A stretch of 63,057 bases of DNA, the filler included, from Octopus bimaculoides (Eukaryota): assembly GCF_001194135.2 (NCBI RefSeq). It is 7 parts of 5 records of this genome, joined end to end, with 100 filler letters (N's around TTAATTAATTAA, not from the genome) between each part and the next. Parts side by side here need not be neighbours in the genome. Positions count along the whole stretch, not along the records: positions 28,652 to 48,318 come from NC_068982.1; positions 48,419 to 52,200 come from NC_068994.1; 5 more parts are not named here. The stretch is one strand, 5' to 3'. The stretch's first letter is position 1, and the number at the start of each line of letters is the position of its first letter. The notes beneath the pieces were generated by a model. It had not been told where the DNA came from. It was given only the letters and a program-made list of their open reading frames with translations, and made no database searches. Of this stretch, positions 39,315-51,349 are shown one piece after another. A program made the translations under genes and the position numbers.

Positions 39315-41319
39315 NNNNNNNNNNNNNNNNNNNNNNNNNNNNNNNNNNNNNNNNNNNNNNNNNNNNNNNNNNNNNNNNNNNNNNNNNNNNNNNNNNNNNN
39401 NNNNNNNNNNNNNNNNNNNNNNNNNNNNNNNNNNNNNNNNNNNNNNNNNNNNNNNNNNNNNNNNNNNNNNNNNNNNNNNNNNNNNNNNNNNNNNNNNNNN
39501 NNNNNNNNNNNNNNNNNNNNNNNNNNNNNNNNNNNNNNNNNNNNNNNNNNNNNNNNNNNNNNNNNNNNNNNNNNNNNNNNNNNNNNNNNNNNNNNNNNNN
39601 NNNNNNNNNNNNNNNNNNNNNNNNNNNNNNNNNNNNNNNNNNNNNNNNNNNNNNNNNNNNNNNNNNNNNNNNNNNNNNNNNNNNNNNNNNNNNNNNNNNN
39701 NNNNNNNNNNNNNNNNNNNNNNNNNNNNNNNNNNNNNNNNNNNNNNNNNNNNNNNNNNNNNNNNNNNNNNNNNNNNNNNNNNNNNNNNNNNNNNNNNNNN
39801 NNNNNNNNNNNNNNNNNNNNNNNNNNNNNNNNNNNNNNNNNNNNNNNNNNNNNNNNNNNNNNNNNNNNNNNNNNNNNNNNNNNNNNNNNNNNNNNNNNNN
39901 NNNNNNNNNNNNNNNNNNNNNNNNNNNNNNNNNNNNNNNNNNNNNNNNNNNNNNNNNNNNNNNNNNNNNNNNNNNNNNNNNNNNNNNNNNNNNNNNNNNN
40001 NNNNNNNNNNNNNNNNNNNNNNNNNNNNNNNNNNNNNNNNNNNNNNNNNNNNNNNNNNNNNNNNNNNNNNTACATATAATTGCATGTATGTGTATATATG
40101 TGAGCATATACGGATGTGTATGTGTATGTGTGATTTATTTTACACCGAAATTTAGGGATTTTATTTCATTTTCAATTTATTTATTAATATTTTTTTAATT
40201 TTCTGCTGTATTAATATATTTTTATATCTAAACTGCTTCCTATTTTCCATAAGTTTGGTCTTGTATGTGCTGAGGCTGTGGTGGGGTTTATGCATGTATT
40301 AGTGTATATATGTGTGCTTACGGTTACTAAAACGTGTGTTCGTATCTATGCATCTATATATGTGTGTGCTTGTGTGTCTGTATATCTATAGGTGACAATG
40401 AACTCATATTTGTATATAGGTGTGTGTATGTGTACAAGTGACTATGTATAAACATATGTGTGTATTTCTGCATATGTTTGTGCACGTGATTATGCATATA
40501 ATAGTATATGTTTATATAACTGACTATGTATATATGTGTGTGTATGTGTGCATGTCCATGTTTATGTATGCGTGTGCGTGTGCGCGCGCGTGCGTGCGTT
40601 TGTGTGTATGTTTGCGAGTGTGAGTGCGACCCCAGTGCTCAAGAAAAAGAAGAGGGGGGAGGAGGAGGAAGAAGAAGAAGAAGAAGAAGAAGAAGAAGAA
40701 GAAGAAGAAGAAGAAGAAGAAGAAGAGTTGAAAGGGAGATGGCCTGTAATTAGCTGAGAGCATGAAAAGCCATTCTAATAGAAGAAAGAACAGTGATCAT
40801 GCGCTTGTCATGTGTTGCTGGCTGAATGTTTGTCCATCATTTAGTCGTATCTTTTTATTTCAGTCGTGATCCATGGTGTTTGAGTGTGTAGCAACAGCAT
40901 GGCTCTGGGTTCCGAAAAGTATACCCATGCAGGTCATATCTGTATTTTGAAGAGAAGTAGTTAGTAAGTAGCACTGCAATAGTTTCTGGACTTGAAGAGT
41001 AAGTTTATCCCTCAATATATCGTGTTGCCAATGGTTATGTATGTAGGGTCAGTATCAGTCATCATCAGTGATTAAGAAGCCAACGAGGGGGCTACTACGT
41101 AGTCAACAGAATTAAATGTTAAATCTTTTCTCCAACACAAACCTCATACCTCAACACCATAGAACAGAAAATATTGGATAGATAATGGAGTCTTCGGTTT
41201 CCTGCACGTGAGAAACACATAGAATTTTCATGGAAGTAATGCATTAAATCATTGGCCTGCTGGTTCAATGCACACCTTGGGTTAAACAAATACATAATGC
41301 TGATAATGGCTACCAACAC

Positions 41320-41450
41320 CACCACCACCAACAACAACAACAATAACTAGTACTACTACTACCACTGCCACAACTGCTGCTGTTGCTATTAATGCAATTA
41401 TTGCTGCTGCTGCTACTACTACTACTACTACTACAACAACAACAACAACA

Positions 41451-41482
<32 letters not shown>

Positions 41483-41675
41483 AGCTATTCAAAAGTTTAA
41501 GAGAGTATTGAGGGATAGGATGGTGTGAAGTTGAAGGCAGCTTTCTTTGCAATTACACCACCACTACCATCCTCGCCCTCTCCTCCTCCTCTTCCTTCTC
41601 CTCCTCGTCCTCCTCGTTCTCCTCATTCTCCTTCTCCTCCTCCTCCTTCTTCTCCTCGTCCTCCTCATCATCATC

Positions 41676-41714
<39 letters not shown>

Positions 41715-41841
41715 GTCAAAAAACTTCTGAAGAGAACATGGTCTTAATACAGTAATGACGACCGAGGACTGCTACAAAACTAACACCATCACCACAACCC
41801 AACCAACCGGCATTCTCAGTTTCTATTCTCACTACCACCAT

Positions 41842-41876
<35 letters not shown>

Positions 41877-42136
41877 TAACGAGCAACTTTTATCGCAACT
41901 ACCACTAACACCACTACAGCTGTCACACTCCGACAGTACTATCATCATCACTACAAGCAGTACCATCAACACCGCTACCGCCGTCGCCGACACAGCCACC
42001 GTCACCAATACCACTACCACCACCAACACCACCGCTACCAGCCGACCTTCCCAGTTCATCATCAACACCATCCGTCACCTTGCACCACAGTCACTGCCCT
42101 CACCACACCTCTAATCACCCACCACCACTAACCGCT
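41320..42136. repeat. Compound trinucleotide microsatellite mosaic (AAC, ACT, GCT, CCT/CTT, CAT, ACC)
   Basis: Direct reading. It produces the poly-S, P, H, Y and T ORFs in the track. Confidence 0.9.
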
Positions 42137-42479
42137 NNNNNNNNNNNNNNNNNNNNNNNNNNNNNNNNNNNNNNNNNNNNNNNNNNNNNNNNNNNNNNNN
42201 NNNNNNNNNNNNNNNNNNNNNNNNNNNNNNNNNNNNNNNNNNNNNNNNNNNNNNNNNNNNNNNNNNNNNNNNNNNNNNNNNNNNNNNNNNNNNNNNNNNN
42301 NNNNNNNNNNNNNNNNACAAACCCCAACATCTCCAGCATAGCAACATCAAAGTCGACAACCGTGACAACAATATTAGCAGTAACAATAACAACAACATCT
42401 AAATTTTCACGTAACATTCCAGCTTGTCAAAGATGTTGACAGGAAGAACGTGAAAAAATGGCGATGGAAGAAGAAACAG

Positions 42480-42632
42480 ATTGGGAGTGGAGGTGGGGAG
42501 GAGTGAGAGTGAGAAAAGGGATGTGAATAGGAGGGAAAAATGAAAAGATGAAATATAAAGAAAACAAGAGAACAAGAGTGGAAGAGAGAAGAGGAAGAGG
42601 GTAAGAGCGGGTGTGTGTGAACGGAAGAGAGA

Positions 42633-42665
<33 letters not shown>

Positions 42666-42675
42666 NNNNNNNNNN

Positions 42676-42709
<34 letters not shown>

Positions 42710-42895
42710 AGAAAGAGATTGAGAGAGAGAAAGAGATTGAAAGAGAGAAAGATGAGAATAGGAAGAGAAGTGAGCGCGAGAGAAAAAGGGGGAGAGAGAG
42801 AAGGGGAGAGAGAGAGAAGGGGAGAGAGAGGGAGACATATAGAGTGAGAGAGAGAGGGAGAGAGTGAAGGAGATGGAGAGAGAAAGAGAGAGGCA
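42480..42895. repeat. Polypurine (AG)n-rich tract
   Basis: Almost entirely A/G on the plus strand, with a 10-N gap. Confidence 0.9.
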
Positions 42896-43223
42896 AATAA
42901 TGGCACTATAAATGAAAAGACAGATTTCTTATTCTGGCTGACGGCCAAATATTTGTAGGGGAGTGGCGTCCTCAAATAATATGATATGCAGTAGATTACT
43001 GGTATATAATATATACACCCATTACTGATATATAATTAATTAACACCCACGGAAAGAGTGAAAGACGAGTCTAGCCGGATGTATGATTAAATTTTTAAAC
43101 TACGTACGTAATGAATCTTCGTAATTATAAGCCTTTTAATCCGGAAATGAGAGACAGTTTGTCCGTAATTCTGTAACAGCTTTCAATTAATCATTTTCAC
43201 CTAACAGGAATATATATCTTTTC

Positions 43224-43269
<46 letters not shown>

Positions 43270-43270
43270 A

Positions 43271-43312
<42 letters not shown>

Positions 43313-43313
43313 G

Positions 43314-43354
<41 letters not shown>

Positions 43355-43409
43355 CTTGTGCATGTATACATACATATATGTACATACTTACATCTACATG
43401 TATATATAG

Positions 43410-43560
43410 ATGCATATCCGGGTACAGGATGTCAAAAAAGGAACGGGAACAAAGCACAAAAACGGACTTTTTTTATGGACAACAGAATGAACACATAGGA
43501 AAAGAGACGAGCCAGTTATGGAACTTTTCCTTCATCAGCTGCCTCTATTCTAAACTAGGC
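43410..43560 (+). repeat. Further copy of the GGGTACAGGA...CCTTCATCAGCT repeat
   Basis: CCGGGTACAGGATGTCAAAAAA ... TTCCTTCATCAGCTGCC ... GCGTTTCGAAG. Confidence 0.5.
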
Positions 43561-44150
43561 GTTTCGAAGATGAGGCAGAACGCGCTCTTAGAATAGCTCT
43601 TCCCGCGAAGTGGATTAACCTGCGAAGCGGAGGGTTCCAAAGTAACAAACAAAAACCAAGACAGGAAAAATTAAACAGTGAAAACAACATTAAAGGCCGT
43701 AGGACCGAACGGGATGAGATATTGAACGCTGTGATGTGACGAAGCTGAACGGAGAGAGACAGTAGTTTCGTCTTGCCTTTATGCTGGTTGAAGGGAGAAA
43801 GGAAGAGGTGACCACAGGTCACATGTGATCAACGAGGAGTGGTAGAGAGAGGAAAAGGGAGCAAGTGGAACAAAGGTGAGTGATGAGAGAAAGAGAGTAA
43901 GAGTAAGACAGAGATATGTATAGCAGTGGAAGGGAGAAGCAAGGACAACAGAAGGAAGCAGAACGAGAGGGGGAGATAGGTAAGAAGAAAGATAGATAGA
44001 TGAATAGATGAATAGATAGATAGACGGAGTAATTATAATCCTGGCTCTCGCATCTTTAGCACATCACGCACGATCGTGGCTTGCATAGTATTAAAAAATC
44101 AAAATGAGNNNNNNNNNNTATATATATATATACAGACAAACAGACAGACG

Positions 44151-44218
<68 letters not shown>

Positions 44219-44603
44219 GACGGAGTAATTATAATCCTGGCTCTCGCATCTTTAGCACATCACGCACGATCGTGGCTTGCATAGTATTAAAAAATCAAAA
44301 TGAGATCCGTCAGACTTCGAATGGTACTAAACGGAGCCCCACACAACCCCACGGTAAGATCCTCTAGGTTTAATCTTAGCCTCACAGAGTAAATAATAAA
44401 AGTAATAATTGAAGTGAGGAGACAAAATGACTTGACAATTGTTTCCGTAAACAGACGATATTATTTATTCCCTGTCATACAATGTTCCGCACTTCATACA
44501 ATGTTATATAAGACATAGCATGATATATGTATGTGTGTGTGTGTGTTTGCATATAAATATATCTACATATATACATACATCTGCGTGTTCTGTGTGTATG
44601 TAC

Positions 44604-44634
<31 letters not shown>

Positions 44635-44764
44635 CATACACACATCTATCTATCTCTCTCTCCCTTTCTATCTCTCTCTCTCCCTTTCTCTCTCTCTCTC
44701 TCCCTTTCTATCTCTCTCTCTCCCTTTCTCTCTCTCTCCCTCTCTCTATATATATACATATACC

Positions 44765-46589
44765 AAAAGCTCTTGATAGGGTCGACCACCCATACTTGGA
44801 GGCTATCCTCGCGGCGGGCGGTTTCGGTCCCATCTTCAGAGGCGAGATCGTTGAAATGTACAGCAACATCTGGTCGGTGATCAAAGTGAATGGTCACTTT
44901 TCGGAATCATTTACTATCGCACGTTCGGTCTATCAAGAGTGCCTTTTCTCGCCTCTTCTGTACGTGCTTGGTCTCGAACCATTGCTACGGAAGCTGGATG
45001 TTTCGAGAGTCATCCCGTAAGAATAAGGATGCAGAAGGTTCGCGCCAGCTTATGCAGACGACGTCACAGCAATAGTGTCTGACGTCTTGGAAATGGAAGT
45101 GATCGGTACTACTCTAAGAAAGTACGAAGCTGTGATAGGCACAAAGATTTGCCAGAAGTCGGTGGAACTGCAGCTCAGCAGTCAAAGACAGGTCAATGCT
45201 AACCGACAGTGTTATGGGATATTGGATGGAAGGATTGGTTAAATTGCTTGGTGTTTGGTTGGGTCTGGGCTTCCAGGTGGACAAGAACTGGGGGGTAGGT
45301 CACGAGCAGAAATTGACTGAAAGGGAGCTGTCCCTGAAGGGTCAGCGGAGGTGACCAATGTATACATCGCTTCCGTAATTTACCTCCACCTAACTGTTGT
45401 TCCTTGCCCAACCTTGTGGCTGATCAAGCTGTAGCACTTGCTCTTCCGCTTTCTGCAGAAGGAACGTGTTCTACTCGTCTGATGTTCTATCTGCTGTCAG
45501 CAACTGCTGAGTGAAAGACAGGGCACGCCGTGAATAATGATGCTCAGACTTGTGCTGAGAGGCTGCGACATCTCCCGCGTTTCTTTGACGATGAGCAGGT
45601 GTGGTTACCGTTTGTCAGACAGTCTCATTGACGAGACTATAGTTCTGGATCAAGCTAAAACTGAAAAATAGTGCTTGGCATCCGAGTGTCAGCAAGCGCT
45701 CTCAGCCTTCTACCAGTCGGGCAATACGGTCAGTGGAAGTTCCACAATGGAGTTCTATAGAGGATTAGTTGTGGGTAAGAGCGACAAGGTCCTTGGGGAA
45801 CCTCTGGGCGTCGGTATGGTTCAATCATCTGGTCTCTTGCGGAGGACTTTTGGGCCGGGACTTATGATAATTTCCAGTAATCCCTGCCAAGAAGTTGTGT
45901 CAGACGGACCTGTCTAAGATGTGTGTAGGGCAATGAAACCGTTTTTGCATGCACTTGTCCAGTGTCCAGACATTACCGACTTGTGTAGCTTGTCGAACAG
46001 CTGTCGACGCGTGTAGGACGGATCCAATGATCATCCTAGTCCATCGTAAAGATCACCCAGCCATCTTCTTTTGGCCGGAAAGGAAATGCAGTTTTCCTTT
46101 GTTTGTTGGCTCTGGGGAAAGAGGTAGAGTGGTGGAATGTTGAAAGTACTGAAGACAGATACTTTCCTCTTCCGTCAAGCCACGACTTCTTTACAGTTCC
46201 ACTTGAAAAGAGAAGTGAGGTTGGAGATGGAAGTGCTGACCCCCTACCCCCCACCACCTCAGTAGTTTTGTTAAAAGGTAGGTGATGATGGCGAGGATGG
46301 CCCGTGTGAATGGGCCTGCTCCGAACACATGCCTGTAGGCCGGATGGCATGAAGGGGAGAGCGGTGTCTGTCTAGAGTGAACTCGGTGGTCGGGTTGACC
46401 AGATGTGTAAGGTTTCTTAGTTGCCCTTGGTTCGAACTCTCCCTTTTGGTGGATTTTTATTGTTTACATTTTGTTTTTAATTGTTAACTTTATATTGTTT
46501 ATACGTAGTTTTATGTAAAGCCCAACTTGTCCCTTCTTTTAGTATTAACCTTTTGTTTTGTGTTCGACCCTTGTGGCCAATAAAGAAAA

Positions 46590-46590
<1 letters not shown>
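44765..46590 (+). mobile_element. 5'-truncated Tx1/L1-like LINE with 3' UTR and (ATT)n tail; many stops and frameshifts
   Basis: KALDRVDHPYLEA, SVYQECLFSPLLYVLGLEPLL, YADD at 45051-45062, VKLLGVWLG, decayed knuckle ETVFACTC/HALVQCP, terminus CCCTTGTGGCCAATAAAGAAAAT then (ATT)n. Confidence 0.92.
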
Positions 46591-46640
<50 letters not shown>

Positions 46641-47225
46641 GTCATGAAAACTCACAGCTTATTTTCTTGAGTATGATGGAAAGTGTCAGCTGACCACAGC
46701 CAGCAGACTAAGGTGACACTTGTTTACTGGTCATGCTTCAAGAACACTGCGAATAATTCTTGCAGTTCTAAGCAATGCTGATTTTTGTAGGTGTTCTACC
46801 TTCACACTTGCACCAATCTTTTTCAGCCATATTGTTAGTTGAGATACTTCCCAGTGCACCAATTACTATTGGTATCACGTCCACTCTCTTCATTGACTAC
46901 AACCTTCGTATTTCTCATTTCAAATCGTCATAGTTGTTTATTTTTCGTCTTTGTCTTTGATCCTGTTGTTACCGGGGCATACTATGTCGATTCTCATGTA
47001 TGTTCTTTCTTTTTTATTCACCACAACAATGTCCGGTTTCCGATATCTGGTCAGGTGATCGCACTGGATCATTGCATCTCACAAGATTTTGCAATTCTCA
47101 TTCTCGATGAATCGTTCTAGGGTTTACTCATACCACATCTTTGCTCTTTGTAGGTAGTGATTTTCACAGAGCTCCCAATGGATCATTCTTGTCACATTGT
47201 CATGATTTTTGCTGTCATTAGTATT
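46641..47225 (-). mobile_element. 5'-truncated RLE-type element (R4/Dong-like), with (TAA)n at both ends
   Basis: HDNVTRMIHWELC, ENENCKIL, CDHLTRYRKPDIVVV, RIDIVCP, HLQKSALLRTARIIRSVLE, then about 90 nt of 3' UTR running into (TAA)n. Confidence 0.88.
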
Positions 47226-47228
47226 GTC

Positions 47229-47288
<60 letters not shown>

Positions 47289-47505
47289 GGCGGTGAGCTG
47301 GAAGAATCGTTAGCAGCCCGAGCAAAATGCTTAGCGGCATTTCGTCCGTTTTTAAGTTCTGGTTTCAAATTCTGCTGAGGTCTACTTTGCCTTTTATCCT
47401 GTCGGGTTCAATAAAATATGTACCAGTTGAGCGCTGGTGTCGGTGTAATGGGACTTAGTCTCTTCCCCCAAACTTGTTGACTTTGTGCCTAAATTTGAAA
47501 CCATT
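47289..47505 (+). mobile_element. SINE family A, full length, between ATT tracts
   Basis: GGCGGTGAGCTGGAAGAATCGTTAGC, GTTTCAAATTC, GTACCAGTTGAGCGCTGG, tail TGTGCCTAAATTTGAAACCATTATCATTATT. Confidence 0.88.
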
Positions 47506-47509
47506 ATCA

Positions 47510-48045
47510 TTATTGTTTGTCGGCCTTATTCTGATCACGTGCTGTCGCTGTACTACTGAGCGCAGTTCTGTGTGCTTTGCATATGTGCTGTGGTTTGTTG
47601 CGGTGATCTTATTTTCAATGTATTGAAAGGGTTTTTACATAGGATGTGCGCGGTTCCTAGTAGTGCTATTTTTTTTTTTTAATCTTATACATACTTGTAA
47701 GTCCTGGTGTTTTGTTATATATTTACCTGAATGTTTTTTTTTAATCATACCTAATGCGCCTACTATGATAGGAACTGTTTCTGTTTTTAAGCTCCACATT
47801 CGGGTTACCTCTATTTCCATATCTTAGTATTTTGAGAGCTTTTTCGTTTCTTTCAGAGATACATTGTCAACTATTGGTATTGATACATCGATTAGAAAGA
47901 TATTTTCATCTTGGTGATCTCTGACAACTATATCCGGTCTATTTGCCTTGATTACTTTAACTGTGTCTATTGGCATATCCCAGAGTTTGGTTGCTTTGTC
48001 ATTTTCTGAGACCTTTTCTGGGGTGTGCCTGTACCATCTTTGTCA
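47510..48045 (-). mobile_element. Second 5'-truncated RLE-type element, a different subfamily
   Basis: WYRHTPEKVSENDKATKLWDMPI, KANRPDIVVRD, LIDVSIP, TRMWSLKTETVPIIVGALG, IALLGTAHIL. The 5' end abuts the ATT tract at 48057-48130. Confidence 0.88.
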
Positions 48046-48051
48046 TTATTG

Positions 48052-48106
<55 letters not shown>

Positions 48107-48130
48107 CATTATTATTATTATTATTATTTT

Positions 48131-48270
48131 ATGTTTGACTTTTGTTTTGCATTTGTACAAGTTGGATCCAAGTCTCACCCAGAGACCTCAAGAGACAACA
48201 AGTTAGAAGTTCATGTTGGTGTTATGCCTGGGGTACCATATACTTGGATTTGTACAGTTTTGTTCTAGTG
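48131..48270 (-). mobile_element. Probable 3' UTR of a third element ending in (AAT)n
   Basis: Reverse complement ...CTCTTGAGGTCTCTGGGTGAGACTTGG ... AAAAGTCAAACATAAAATAATAAT. Same orientation and tail type as its neighbours. No coding motif is retained. Confidence 0.45.
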
Positions 48271-48318
48271 AATATTTAAGAGACCATAAGAAAATTATGT
48301 GTTTGCTTTAAAATTTGA

Positions 48319-48418
48319 NNNNNNNNNNNNNNNNNNNNNNNNNNNNNNNNNNNNNNNNNNNNTTAATTAATTAANNNNNNNNNNNNNNNNNNNNNNNNNN
48401 NNNNNNNNNNNNNNNNNN
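48319..48418. other. Artificial scaffold-join linker
   Basis: 44 N + TTAATTAATTAA (48363-48374) + 44 N. Confidence 0.95.
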
Positions 48419-48565
48419 GACGTTTAGATGTCATAAAATTCAGCATGAACATGATTATTAATATCAGTAATTGTCATGAGAAAGAATGAACGTCACACAA
48501 TCTCACTTTCTTCCTTTAAGAGGAACATAGTTTTCATCATCAAATCAATATTAAAAAGAGTATCT

Positions 48566-48975
48566 CCATTGGTCTTCTGTCTAAGTCATTCAACCAATCA
48601 GATTCTCACTGAAATATAGAAAGAAATCACTAACAAAGATTAGCATTTACATTCCTAACATTCAATCAAACTGTTCAATTATAAAATATTGCAGCTATTG
48701 AAATATATATATATATGTATGTCTGAAAATAGTTAAGTTATTTTTGGAGGTAAATGCATGGAATATATTATTAGATTGGTTTATTCCTACAAACATACAA
48801 CTTGAACAACACATGCAACCCTATCCTAGCAGCAGACTATCTGCCTGACGTGCTACACTACTCCATCAACATACAGCCATTGTCACACCATTACAGCAGC
48901 AATTACAATGGATCTTTCTACAACAATACATCTTTCTATTCTCACTGAATAACCAATGATATAATTATTAAAGAG
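48566..48975 (+). promoter_or_regulatory. Candidate protocadherin promoter region and non-coding first exon
   Basis: ATTGG at 48568 and AACCAATCAG at 48592 (two CCAAT boxes in opposite orientation), TGACGT at 48846, and a consensus donor GAG|GTAAGT at 48975/48976. A matching acceptor TTTGTTTTAG lies at 51306-51307, 42 nt before the ATG. All on one gap-free segment. Inferred from motifs only. Confidence 0.45.
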
Positions 48976-49848
48976 GTAAGTTTCTATTTAATCTTTTATA
49001 ATCTCATTTGATGTAATAAGTCTCATTTAATGTTTAAGATATTATTCTAACATCTTTAATATTAACAAAGAGAACAAAGACATTGAATAATAATTCATAT
49101 TGTTTTCAGTAACGCTGCCCATAATTGTTTATACCGCAAATAAGTAGATGATGTTTAATACTTACTCTGTATTCAATTGCAGCAATAATATCTGTTTCTA
49201 TATTACATTTGTTACATATATTGATCAGTAACAATAGAGAAGAGTCTTTATTACATAGTGTTGTGTTTTTGTTAATGATATGTGTAAATATGAGAAGGTG
49301 CATGATGGACATGTCAAGATGGCTGCTAAAAAGTATGAATGTATATGCTTCAACGTGTTCAAATCTGGTTGTAGTGTGTAGATTGTTAGCAGTGGTAAGG
49401 TGAAGATGTGTTAGAGCTTTTGGTATTTTATAATGGAGGACAAAATAGCATTCACAGCTGAAGTAAACAGAAGCGATAGCATATTGTAAAAGACAATAAA
49501 ATGAGCAGAAACAGCTCTGTTTGTAGATGAGAGAATACAGTTTATTTTGTGTAGGTTTTTGTTTCTAAAATATATTTATAAGTATGTCATTGTAGTTTGT
49601 AATTTCTTCAGTAAAATATTTTCTTTACTCAGGTACTTTTATAATTTATCTAGTTGTATGAATTCAGTTTTAAATTTTCTGTTATATTTTACAATATTTT
49701 TCTGAATCTAGGAAAGAATTTTGGTTGTATTTAGAACATTAAATTAATATTTCAGAGAAAGGGAAGGTGGCATATATTTTAAACATGTCTTTCTATATGA
49801 TTTCTCTGAAGATAGTTTATTTCTGGTGTTTTTAGATTAAAATTGAAA

Positions 49849-50500
49849 ATTGAGGAGAATGAGATACATTTTCGTCATTTGATGTTCTTTTATTTATGGG
49901 AAGGGAAAGTACAAACAGCAAAATGGATATATGTTGCTGATGGAAATGGTGTCATAGCTGCAAGGACTATTTGTAAGTAGTTTGCTGGGTTTAGAAATGA
50001 AAAGTTTGATCTGGAAGCCCAGGAATGTTCTGGAAGGTCTACAGTTATTGATGATGCTCAGATTGAAATGCTAATCAAAAATAATCCACATCACACAACA
50101 CAAAACATCAGAGAAATATTTCAGGTGTCTCATATAAATGTTTTAAGGCATTAAAAATCTCTTGGGTGCATGAATCACTATGCTGTTTGGATACCTTGTA
50201 ATTTAACAGAAAAAAATTTAATGGACCACATTTCCATCTCTGATTCTCTGCTCAAATGCAACAAAAATGACTCAGCTTGAAAAGAACAACTCCATGTGAT
50301 GGGAAATGAATTGTTTACAATGCTGTGGAGTGAAAATGGTGTTGGAGAAAACAAAATGAAGTGCCATTAGTCATTCTAAAAATCAGTCAGTATCCAAAGA
50401 AAGTGATACTCTGCATCTGTTGGGATGGAAGGCTATTGTGCATTATGAGCTCCTTCTACAAAATCAGACATTGAATTTAGACAAAACTTGCTCAGTGCAA
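49849..50500 (+). pseudogene. Decayed mariner (Tc1/mariner) transposase
   Basis: EIHFRHLMFFY, RTICK*FAGFR..FDLE..SGR (HTH region), WIPCNLTEKNLMDHISI (WVPHxL motif), CDGK*IVYN (TGDEKWIVY), YPKKVILCICWD. Stops and frameshifts present; no TIR recognised. Confidence 0.88.
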
Positions 50501-50504
50501 GAGC

Positions 50505-51000
50505 ACCTGGAATGAAATCCTGTTTGATCTTCTTTTAGTGTTGTGTCAACAGCCTGCCAAGTTCTGCTTAAGAACAGAATGTAGAAAACTTTTCCTGTCA
50601 TGGAGAGCAACAGTAATTTTCTTTATCAATTGTTGCAGTTTTTTTGTTGTTGAAACTTCATAATGGCTGCTCTTCTCTAATAGGTTAAGATTTGCTGTTG
50701 TTGCCAATGGCACTTGAGCAGATTTTTGAGCAGCGCTGCTGCTTCTGCTCAACCATATTTGAAGGGTTAAACTGAAATTTGATCCTAAGCAGGGGAACAA
50801 TTACAACAAACAATGAGGAAACAGTTTTCCAGTTATCTAACCATTGTTTCTCCACCTTAGTGATCACTTCGGTCCTTACTTGAAGGATTCTGTTGGAGCT
50901 TTTGAGTTGTAACTGGACCAGGATGGTTTTATGTCTCTTGAAAGTGTTCCATTTAGAACCAGAAATGCTAAGCAATTTCAAGGGACCATGAACCAGTGAG
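50505..51000 (-). mobile_element. Decayed RTE-like LINE RT fragment
   Basis: SPA*DQISV*PFKYG, ILTY*RRAAI, NCNN..LLLLSMTGKVF, VDTTLKEDQTGF, matching the KAPGxD, WRxAxI, LLSxxGKVF and LREEQAGF series. Confidence 0.75.
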
Positions 51001-51349
51001 ATCGAATTGCAGGCTTTGACATTCAAACTCATTAACTGAACTCCCTTAAGTAAAATTTCTATAATTAAGTTATTTAATCTCAGTCTTGACTCCAATACTA
51101 TTCCATGGACAACATGGCTATTATTATTATTATTGTCTTCAAATGTGTAAAAGGATTGAAATTTAAATTATTTTTTTTAGCTTTTATTCTATAGAAGTAC
51201 AGTTGCAAAATGATAGTAATGCATTTCTAATACTTTACTAATTACCGTATACTTAAACTGTGACTTATTTTTGATTATAATTAACCAAGTAAATATATTT
51301 GTTTTAGTGTCAGTCTGTAACAAACCTGGACAGTCTTCACCTCAACAAT

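Noticed and set aside
40864-40997. Acceptor TTTATTTCAG with downstream GTAAGT donors
   Set aside because: All three frames contain stops and there are no partner exons; such motifs are common by chance.
41119-42439. Poly-Ser, Pro, His, Tyr, Thr and Glu ORFs resembling mucin or extensin
   Set aside because: Overlapping ORFs on both strands over a trinucleotide mosaic; no domain or splice structure.
44025-44304. Exact 84-bp direct repeat (44025-44108 and 44221-44304)
   Set aside because: The copies flank a 10-N gap; most likely overlapping contig ends.
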